The notes below the pieces were generated by a model. The model saw only the letters and a program-made list of their open reading frames with translations, had not been told where the DNA came from and did not search any database. The position numbers and the translations under genes are program-made. From contig JAMWBK010000002.1 in the NCBI GenBank assembly GCA_029953675.1, positions 372,001-436,000 of the forward strand: 64,000 nucleotides of DNA. The letters are read 5' to 3'. This document shows positions 54,021 through 64,000 of this stretch, piece after piece (position 1 is the stretch's first letter; each line of letters starts with the position of its first letter). The DNA comes from Rhodosorus marinus CCMP1338. Lineage: Eukaryota; Plantae; Rhodophyta.

Positions 54021-55866
54021 ATGAAAAAATTTAACAAAATCGCTGACCAAGCGAAGAAACAATTTCAAGCTGATCATAGCAACGAAAAAAGGTAGGAACA
54101 TGTGCCGCTATGCTTTTTTGTCCTGGACAACTCACTCTCTTTCAGGTTTTCGCTGAACTAGTCCATGAGCTCACGCCCTCCGTTTGGTCTCTAGGGGTGC
54201 TGTCTACTATGAACCAGACACGGAGCTTAGAAGTATAAAGGACCAGGATGTTCCAGGAGGCTTGAAGCTCGAAGTCATGTTAGAGGCCACCCGATTGGCC
54301 AACTTTTGTTATCTGGAAAAGTCGGGATGCTACTGGAAATCCAGCAAACGGGAGAAAAAGGACTTTGCCGCTATAAAGCCCGAGCACCTGTCGATTGGTC
54401 TCATGGTTGCCATGGGCAGGTTTCCAGATCTCTCAACCGGAATGAATTTGAAGCTTATCAGTAATGAGCATGACCAAGAGTTCGACGAAGGAAAGGGCCA
54501 TCTCTATTCAGGAATTATCAAAGAATGGAGGACCGACACGGATTTGGTGATTCTCCACAACCCGGATGAAAAAATTATTGCAATAGCGTGGCGTGGGACG
54601 GAGTCTGGATCTGATGTGCGAGTCGACCTGAACGCGCTGTCCGCGGAGTGGCCGTACACTTCGGGTCCAAAGCTACACGTATCAACTGGGTTCAAGAGTG
54701 CGCATGATTCTGTTATTGAGCCTATAAAACAAACGCTGAAGGCCATGTGGAAGTCAGGGTCCTACGAGCGGATACTGGTTTGCGGGCATAGTCTTGGCGG
54801 TGCGCTAGCTCATTTGCATGCACACGCATTGTCATACATTCTCGAGGAGGAACTTAGGAAGTCTCCCCTGCCTCCAGAGGAAAGGCTCATGTGCTACACC
54901 ATTGGAGCTCCGAAAGCTGGGAATGCGGAGTTCTTGAAGGACTACACTACGCGGGTTGGGCACTCGTACAGACTCGTCAATGATCACGATATTGTTCCGC
55001 GGCTACCAGTGCCGAGGAGGAATCACGTTGGTGTTCCTATTATCGCAAACGAAGAGCATTTCTATATAAACCCGTCCTTTGAGACGAAGAGAAGATTTGA
55101 GTCGGAGAGCCAGCAATCCGAACGCATCTCGGATCACATGCCGCCAAACTATCTTAAGGTCGTTCTAAGCCACTACGCCAGGCAGCAGATGACGGAGCTT
55201 GCTGATAGGTTGATACTGGACGCGTGGACTGCTTTCGTAACTTGCACAGATGTAACGAAGACGACAGCTTTGGAAGTACAAAAACCCCGTGGCGACGATC
55301 CAAAGCTTATGTCTGTAAAACCAGTTACTGTTCGCGAGCCTCACCAAGATAGCATGAAGAAGATCCTCGTTGAAGCTTTTGGATCAGAACTGGCGAATCA
55401 GGACGTGCTCGACCACTTGCTGTTGTACGCAAGGAAGTGCCTCGAGATCAATATCTTTCGTCCGTGGGAAAAGCCCTTTGATGAAGACGTTGTTGACCTG
55501 AGCGCATTCCGTATCGCAGTTTTCGATCTTATTGGAAATCCAGACAGTCTGGGAAGGCTAAGGGCTCTCGAAACCGCGCGCCTCCGTGACATGTTCGACC
55601 TCATCGACACTGATGGGGACGGCTTGATTTCTGCAGAAGAGTATGTCCAGGCGCATAGGAAGATACAGCCAGAGTCTGCGCCCGAAATTGAAGCGAAAGG
55701 AGCTGTGAAAATGCTTCATGACCAGTACAAAATGGCGTACAATGAGTACAACCTCGAATATTCGGAGGAGTTTGCCCCGACTGATATTAGCTTCGAGGAG
55801 TTCAAAATGGCTCCCCAGGTGCGGAATGGGGACGCTTTGAACATCATCCAGAAACTTAAAGCGTAG
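54021..55866 (+). CDS. Class 3 lipase with C-terminal EF-hand
   Basis: AWRGT, nucleophile elbow ILVCGHSLGG, YTIGAPKAGN, RLVNDHDIVPRLP, SDHMPPNY, and EF-hand DLIDTDGDGLISAEEY. First exon from ATG 54021 joins through phase-2 intron 54092-54194. Confidence 0.9.
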
Positions 55867-56290
55867 AGACTTTGTTCGTTGAAGACAGTCTTTATCAAAT
55901 AAAGGCAGAGTTTTCGTCCCAATAGTCGCCTCATTCGATTTGGGAGCATTCACGAGTTGGGTATCGCTCAGAAGGAGAACCGTTCAGCGAATCCTATATG
56001 GAACCCCTAGTGCGTCTTCATTCTTCAAGACTAAATGAAACAACAGCGGGGTTATACGACGAGGGCAAAGAAGCGACTGGAGGATGAAGCTCACGATTGT
56101 TGTGGTTGGTAGGGCGGCTACTCCTCAAGGCGAACGCCTTCAGGCGTTCAAGCGGCCAGCAGAAAGTCGAAGATCAATGCTACCTTCAAAGTTTTCGAAG
56201 TTGTATGTCCGGTGGAGAAAGCGTCGCTGAGGTAAATAGGCCAAGCAGCAGCCAGGCCAATGGTATCGGGTTCACGGCGACACAGACGGG

Positions 56291-56486
56291 GACAATGGTA
56301 TTAACGATAAACCGGGCCAATGGATCGCTCCTCGAATGTTCCTCTTAAGGCAATCTGCGCGTCGAAAGCACCAACTGCCGTAAGCTGTCCAGACAATGGT
56401 ATTATCGATAAACCGGGACAATGGATCGCTCCTCGAATGTTCCTCTTAAGGCAATCTGCCCGTCGAAATTGCCGTAAACTGTCCAG
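56291..56486. repeat. Two-copy tandem repeat, ~101-bp period
   Basis: gacaatggtatta.cgataaaccggg.caatggatcgctcctcgaatgttcctcttaaggcaatctgc.cgtcgaaa...gccgtaa.ctgtccag starts at 56291 and at 56392. Confidence 0.9.
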
Positions 56487-56717
56487 TTATCGGGTCAAGC
56501 AGTCCTCAAAGGCCAAAGCTCTCTGGTCGATTGGCCAATCATTCCTCCGGAGACTTGGAATTTGAGACGGGTTCTCCGTACCAGGCTCCTGCTGGATTGC
56601 TACTTTACCTGAGCACCAACACAAGGCATCAAAATCACCTTCTCCGCGGGCCAGAACGACTTTGATGCCCAATGTTCCTCAAAACCTGGCTTTGCAGGCA
56701 AAAAGCACTGCACTCAT

Positions 56718-57081
56718 TTGGGCCAACTAATCTTGTAAGCCAATGTTCTCTTCCCAACGGGCCAGACTGAACATCGAAGACCAACGCTCTCCAGTAAGCG
56801 GGCCTGACTTAATATCGAAGACCAATGTTCTCCGATAAACGGGCCAGACTGAATATCGAAGACCAATGTTACTAATGAAAACCCTGCCCTAATTTTCGCC
56901 CCACTCTATTTGGCCAACCGTAAGCCAATGTTCTCAATAGGACTGCAACAGTTTCTAGCCCCCAATTTTCTTTAGTCAACGGGCCAGACTTACTTTGAGG
57001 ACCAATGTTTTCCGCTCAACGGGCCAGACTGACTGTAGAATACCAATGTTACCTATGAAAGCCTCTGCCCCTATTTTCGCT
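56718..57081. repeat. Degenerate ~41-bp minisatellite with higher-order duplication
   Basis: Five units (a)acgggcc(a/t)gact-N10-(g/t)accaa(t/c)g at ~56756, 56797, 56838, 56978 and 57018. Two blocks each begin ggccaac...taagccaatgttctc and end atgaaa...ctgccc...attttcgc. Confidence 0.85.
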
Positions 57082-57439
57082 CGATGAAACGATTGCTCCG
57101 GTCAATGAAATCCGATGTGGCAATGAGAGCTTGAAACTGGTGACACACATATATTGGAGAAAGACAGCATCCAAGGATGCTTGACAGGAGTCTAGTTTTG
57201 TTTTAAAAGGGGCTGGATAACTTTCTGAACAACCTTGGACCCAGGTTCCTGTCACAGACGATTGTTCCTCTTGAAGAAAGCGCCCGTGTGGGTGAGGGAA
57301 AGCTTTACCTTGTCTTCTTCGACAGAGTCGAGCCAGAAGAGGAAGGGTTTTGAGGCAAGCGTGATAGAGAGGGAGGTTTTTCGGGGGCAGGGTTTAAGCC
57401 TGGACTTGTAAGTTGGTGTTGTAGTTTTTTTGAGGCGAC

Positions 57440-59921
57440 ATGTCGTCTCTCATTCAATTGATAGACTTTGAAGAGCATTTCAATGATGATGTTGAAGCGT
57501 TTCTGGAGACCAGCAATGTGCTGGAAAGGCGAGACAAGTTTCATGTGGTGTCCATCATTGGACCTCAGAGCAGTGGCAAGTCAACGCTTCTCAACATCCT
57601 CTTCAATTTGAACTTTCAGACGATGGACGCAGGGAGTGGTAGATATCAGGTTTGGCAACGCCTTACTGAATGAAAGTGAGGGCGATGACTCAGCCATGCT
57701 GACTACTTTATTCCGATTTCCTCGCTAGGTAACTCAAGGGGTCTGGATGGGCTACGATCAAGAGTCGCATACCGTTGTTCTGGACTTGGAGGGTACAGAT
57801 TCGCGAGAACGGGGTGAATTTGCAGGAGCGTACGAGCGAAAATCGGCTCTGTTCGCACTGGCATTGAGTGAAATTCTCATGGTTAACATATGGTATGAAT
57901 TTAACGGAGATCAAATTCTTTTGGACCTCTGCTTAGGCGATACGACCGTCTAAAATCATATCTGCTATTGTACCTCATGTAATAGGACTCAGGACATAGG
58001 TCGTCTAAACGCGTCGAATCTTCTACTGTTGAAAAATATTCTGGAACTCCATGTTCAGCTGTTCATCACTGCGCAGAAGTCGAGTGAGAAGATTCCGTTC
58101 AAGACGAAACTCATGTTCATCCTTCGAGACCATGTCAGTTCGCCTCTATCAAAACTGACAGAAGTCCTGACGAATGACGTTAAGAAGGTCTGGGGCAGCA
58201 TCGAGAAGCCAGAGGAAATGAAGAATTCGTTACTAGAGGAATTTTTTGACTTGGACTTCTATTCTTTGCCGCACAAGAACCTCAAACCGGAGGAATTTGC
58301 GGAAGCGGCTTCAGAAATGCAAGCAAAGTTCAGGTCTGGGGCGTTTTTGGATTGTGATGTTTACAACAGGAAGGTCGAAGCGGATGAGCTGGCTCTGTAC
58401 GGGGAGAACATTTGGAATACAATCGCTTCCAACAGGGAACTTGATCTGCCATCACAGCGAGAGATGGTCTCAATAGTACGCTGTGACCAGGCTTTGGATG
58501 AGGTCGGCCAAACATTAGCAGCTGAGCTTTCTGCTCTGGAACAAGAGTTAAAGCCAATCCAGGCGCTTGATGAACGCAGTTCGGATTTGATGCAAAGGGC
58601 GAAGACCATATTCCGCGAGAAGACAACTCGACAAATACAGAGCGTGGTTCTCCGCAAGGAGGCGAGTCTTGCGGAAAATCTTAGCCAGGTCCTCACAAAG
58701 CTGATGCGGGACCAGATGGAAACTGTCAACAAAACAGAGCTTAACAAGTTCCGAGAAAAACTAGACGTGCTTGGTAGCGCTGAAACTCCGTGGACTGCGT
58801 TTGAAAGCCAGACAGTTGAGGCCTTTCGTCTCGCATCATCTGAGTTTGATAAATGGTGCCGGGCTCCTGACGCGATCCCTCAAATATCCGAAGGGGTAAG
58901 CACGAAGCGGGCCGATCTTTTGAACGATCTCGAGAACGAAGTAGAGATTACTCGACAGGAGGTGGTGGAGAAGGGTCGGGATGCCCTTCTGCAAACTTTT
59001 CAACAAATCGTGCGAAAGAAAGTTGTTCCTGTTATTGACTTGGGGTTGAACGCTGAGTGTTGGCCCGGAGCTTTGGAGGAGGTGAAGCATGCGATCGCCA
59101 CAGTAGACGATCAGTGCACGATGATGCTGGGGTCCGACGGCGTTGGACTTCATGGGGATGAGCTCGAGCTTGCCAGGGTTAGGGTGCGAGAAGCTTGCTT
59201 GTCATGGCTTTTTGGGGACCTGCATAAACTGATTGGTGGGTCTGAAGGGGTCTTACGGAGAATGAAACAACGCTTCAACCAACTTTTCCGGTTCGACGAG
59301 AGCGGCAACCCTCGCGTGTGGGCCCCGAGGGACGACGTTACCACCATATTCGATGCTGCACAGAAAGGGGCTTCCGATATGGGCGATATGTTGGCGACCA
59401 TCTCCCTAGGCGAATATGGGTCTCAGAATGTAGTCGACAACAACTCTCTGCGTGAGTTGAAGCAGCAGTTAGACAGCGATGCAGCCGTTGCATTTGTAGA
59501 CGCAAGGCACGCTCAGGAAATGGCACGAATGAAAACCAAGGTTCCGATGTGGGCGGTCGTGCTTGTTGGTGTCCTTGGTTTTGATGAGGCCAAGATGGTT
59601 TTGAAGAGACCAGCACTAATTTTCTTGTTCCTAATCGCATTTGTGCTAATATACTTTGCCTACCTCATCCGCGTACATGAGATGGTTTGGGAACCTCTTC
59701 GCGACTGGGCTGCTCCTTACCTCCAGATATTGAAAGCAAGACTCGAGGAGTGGATTGAGACTAATGAGAACAACGGCAACACCATCTACAGCGGCACACC
59801 TGCGAAGGCAAGCGAGCGTACTGACTCCGTTCTAACCGGAGCTTCGGTTGTCGAATCCTCCGCGGTCCTCGAGACGTCAAGCGAGAAGCAATCTCTTGCA
59901 TCGAACAAGAAGGAAGATTAA
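57440..59921 (+). CDS. SEY1: SEY1/RHD3 atlastin-like ER fusion GTPase
   Basis: [65 protein letters not shown]-terminal TM hairpin [16 protein letters not shown]. Confidence 0.95.
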
Positions 59922-62003
59922 CAAGCAATCCACCTGCGCTTTGCGTGTGTAGTTATACCGAAAGCTTACGGGATGTTTTGACCTTCCACGACGAATGCCG
60001 TTGGGGCGGGGGGGCGCAGCCGAGCATTGGAACTCCGTATATCAAATGTTCTCTTCAGTTGCTAAGCAAAGAGTACTCCGGGGATCGGTGATTACGATGA
60101 AGCGCTTGTAACCCAGATCAATTTTGAATATGTAAGTAAACACAAGCCTCACGGCGCTTTAGTTATCTGAGACCGGAAAGTTTGGTCTAAGGCATTCCCA
60201 GCTTCCTTGCTTCCCGCGCGAGCTCAATCGGGCGAAATATCCAGCCATGAGCTTGCTTTTGCCTTCTACGATATTCTTTGTTTTTCTTCCGAAATATTTT
60301 CATCTCTTAAAACAGTATTGGCTGATGCCGTGCAATGCATCCAATTATGCATCAATAATTGGGTAAATATTAAATTAATTTTACTATTTTTATGAGACTT
60401 ACATAATTTTCGGCCAAGCAATTCAGCAAGAACTGCTTCAGCTCGCGAACGGGGAAAACATCGATTCAAATATTAAGTAATTATTTTATCATTTTAAGAC
60501 AAGAGTTCAGGGACTTAGTACCCCTTCCACAAGCTCACCTTTGTCAAAAATATGTATATTTATTTTTATTAATAGATTAAATTAGGGCGAGTTTTCCGTA
60601 CTAGAGCTTCCCTGGAGCAAATTAATATTACATATTTGACTATTATTTAATATTCAATAAATAATAGGCCAATGACAACTCGAGCGTTGCAAGTAAAAGC
60701 GGCCTGGATTGGGTCCTCTGTTGGGGAAGCTTCGGGAGCGCAGCTGGCAATGATAGAACTCCAGGCGCAAAGACGGAAATACATGGCAGGCAGAGCCTCG
60801 ATTGTGAAAGCGTATCTGCGCTTCAGTTCCAATTGCAGCTGTAGTTCAACAGCTTTTTCGAAACGTACGACAGCCATTTTTTTGCACCGAAGAGAAAAAG
60901 AACACACCTCCCTCATCGCGCATGATCTTCCCATTCCGTCCATGCTGAAGTTTGACGCAGGATCTACGGCCAGCTTGGACAATGTAACTTGTGAGGCTGT
61001 TCGCTGAACTTCTCAGCCATTAGCTGCAGCAATCCCCGAAAATGAATGCTCAACGAGAATGGATGTCAGCAACTCCGAAAGTTTTCTTGCAAAAGTCATC
61101 GAAGACAAGCCTATCCCGGTGCACATCTGCCCTCGTCCAGTGCCCCACCAGCTAACAAGCTACACTCGATTGCCAAGGCTGCGCTATAAAAGGCAAAACC
61201 ATTGCAAAAGGAGCCTTCTAACAAGCGACAGTTGGATGTGGGCAAGGACGATGCGATATTCCTCAGTTCACTCTGAAGATCATATCCAGAGACCATGACT
61301 AGTTCCGTGGCCAGTAAACAAAAAAATTCCCCCCATCAAACACCATCCTTTCGCTTCCAATCGGCGACAGCGCTCTTCATTCAAGCATCAATGCCCCCTT
61401 CCTTAACGAATAGAAATAAAACATTAAAAAACATTATGTCTAAAAAAAAAATTGAGTCGACGGGGAACTCCCTTCATATTTGCCCCCAGACGTACAGATT
61501 GGTGGACAAGGATTAAGTTCTAATATCCATCTAGGAAAAACTGCCAGACTAGAACTCACACGTACACTTAATTTAGATGAAATCTCTGATCTACGGTCAC
61601 TCTCAGAATCAAATATTTTGTAATTTATATTCATTATTTTCGAATAATATGTAGTGACTGTTAAGTATTGTTTTGTCGTAATTTAGTGACAATTATTAGA
61701 CTATATTTAAAAGGTGGTTCTTAATATGGTTCCCCGAACCGAGTAAGTTTTCATTTTTTTTGGCCGTGGGGGATGGTGGGGGTGGAGGCGAAATGGAAAG
61801 ATGGGTTTGGTTGGTGAAAATTGAGATCCTTGATGTTTGAGGAATTGAAATCGTTCTTTTTGGGGGTATGGACGGGAGATTTAGTTTTCTGTTAGTGTGG
61901 AGGTGAAAGGGATGGGTGTGGGGGGTATAAAGAGGTAGGGTAGAAGTTTCTTATTGCACAGACGGAGGGGCGGCTGGAACGGCATCCTGGGTAGAATATT
62001 GTG

Positions 62004-64000
62004 ATGCTTAGGAGGTTGTTTGGAACAAGGATGATTGGATTCGTATCTGGAGGAGGTTTGGGGCTGAAGAGGGCCGGTCCTTCGGTGAGGGTGCGTGGGT
62101 TCCTTGGATCCAGCGTGCGGGCAAGTCATGGAGCTGCGCGTGGAGTGAGATGGTTTGCTACTCCACCTGTGGGAGCAACAAGCGCGGCTGAGGTTAAGAT
62201 GGTGGCGACTGCCCCGCAGGTGGTAAGTATACTCCCCTTGGCAGTGACCGTGGCTGCGGTTGTTCTGGGTTGGTTTGCGACAACGCTCAGCTCTGAACCT
62301 CCTTGGTGCTTCGTTTGATATCGCCATTTTTTTTTTTTGGAAAGATTCCGCGCAAGATTGGCGATGTTGTTGAGGACTTTGAACTCGTCCGGGAGGAATT
62401 CGTCTCGGAGTATGCATCGCAGGCGAGACTGTGGAAGCACAAGAAGACCGGCACGGAGCTGCTCTCTGTTCTCAATGGCGATGAGAACAAAACATTCGGA
62501 ATCGTGTTCCGTACCCCGCCGAAGGATTCAACCGGTGTCCCGCACATTTTGGAACATTCCGTAAGCTTTGATTTCTGAGACTCAAGAATCCTGCTGGGAC
62601 GCCTTTCTCACGTCTTCGTCTCCTCTAGGTGCTTTGCGGATCAAGGAAGTACCCGGTGAAGGAGCCGTTTGTGGAGCTGATCAAGTCGTCCCTGAACACG
62701 TTCCTTAACGCTTTTACGTTCCCGGACAAGACCTGCTATCCGGTTGCTAGTTGCAATGAGCAGGACTTTTACAATCTTGTCGACGTGTACATGGATGCCG
62801 TCCTGCATCCCGCGATGACTCCAGATACCCTGAGGCAGGAGGGGCATCACTTTGAGCTCGACGATGTTGATGGCAAGATGACGATCAAGGGAGTCGTGTA
62901 CAACGAGATGAAGGGAGCCTACTCCGATCCAGAGAGGGTACTTGCCGAGTACTCTCAGGAAGCAATTTTTCCGGACATCACTTATGGTGTTGAATCCGGG
63001 GGTCATCCGCGGGACATTCCCGATCTCACCTGGGAGCAGTTCAAGGGATTCCATGACAAGTAAGTCTGAAAGAGTCTATAATAAAATGGGATAGGACCTG
63101 CTGTCGTAGTAATGAGACTAACAAGCCTGGAAAATGACTTCTTGTGTATTCAGCTACTACCACCCGTCAAACGCTCGTGTCTGGTTCTATGGTGATGATG
63201 ACGAGAGTAGACGCCTGAAGAAGGTCAACGAATTCCTACAGGAATTCGAGAAGATTGACATATCGTCATCGGCGGTACCTCTCCAGGAAAGGTGGACTGA
63301 GCCCCGTACAGTTGAGCATACTTACGACTGTGGCTCAGAGGGTGATTCGAGCAACAAATACATGACCACGTTAAACTGGATGCTTACGCCTATGGATCAG
63401 ACGGAGCCGGCGAAGATTCTCGCTCTGACTGTTCTTAGCCAGCTGCTGCTGTCCACCTCGGCGTCACCGCTCCGCAAGGCTCTGACTGATTCAGGCCTTG
63501 GCGAAGACATTGTCGGCGGAGGCTTGGAGACGGACTTGAGGCAGATGTCTTTCTCCGTTGGAATGAAGGGCCTTACGGAAGAGAACGTGGCAAAGGTCCA
63601 GGAGCTCATTGAGGAGACCTTGACTCAGCTCTCCAAAGAGGGAGTTCCTCAAACCCTGATGGAGTCCTGTCTGAACACCCTAGAGTTCCGTTTAAGGGAG
63701 AATAATACGGGGAGGTTCCCGCGTGGATTGAGTTTAATGATTGCGTCCCTCAGCACTTGGCTGCATGAGTCCGACCCCTTGGTGCCGTTACGGTTCGAAG
63801 AGCCCCTGATGAAACTGAAGGAGAGACTAGCTGCTGGTGAGAACGTGTTCGAGGATTTGATCAAGGAAAACTTCTTAACGAACCCACACAAAGCGGCTGT
63901 CACAATGATCCCTGATCCCAAGTATGCTGAGAAGGAGGAAGCAATAGAGCAGGAGAGAATCGATAAAGTGGCTAAGGCTGCTTCTCGAGAGGATCTCGAG
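62004..64000 (+). CDS. PREP: Presequence protease (pitrilysin/M16C), partial, runs off the right edge
   Basis: KHKKTGTELLS, DENKTFGIVFRTPP, inverted zinc motif HILEHS, VLCGSRKYPVKEPF, FLNAFTFPDKTCYPVAS, GVVYNEMKG, YYHPSN. Confidence 0.95.

Noticed and set aside
56756-57060. CRISPR array interpretation of the ~41-bp repeats
   Set aside because: The variable segments are only ~10 nt and resemble each other, the repeats are degenerate, there are no cas genes, and the context is eukaryotic.

Overview
Gene-dense eukaryotic nuclear DNA with many short GT-AG introns. It is most likely from a red alga (inference): it encodes an S/U-type phycobilin lyase and several plastid proteins whose N-termini carry an early aromatic residue (MAFVSG-like) and no signal peptide. 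About 19 protein-coding genes can be supported: RRP5 (partial), a Ppn2/ApaH-like metallophosphoesterase, a cyanobacterial-type PH-domain protein, inositol 2-dehydrogenase, a Sel1-repeat protein, F-box/SPRY, a KCTD-type BTB protein, organellar AlaRS, a CLC antiporter, OLA1/YchF, MgtC, the bilin lyase, SF3B2, PP2C, an importin-alpha/ankyrin fusion, a lipase-3/EF-hand protein, SEY1/RHD3 and PreP (partial), plus hAT and Ty1/copia relics at 7.8-10.6 kb and small tandem repeats. Top leads: (1) the BTB protein ends in FSLDEDF-COOH, matching the C-terminal peptide by which the ribonucleotide reductase small subunit docks on the large subunit; (2) one spliced gene fuses the C-terminal half of importin-alpha to a Cys-rich linker, ankyrin repeats and a coiled coil; (3) PreP has tandem mitochondrial-like and plastid-like start codons; (4) gene starts show strong sense-strand G/T skew. 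All exon structures were read by eye and no database searches were run.
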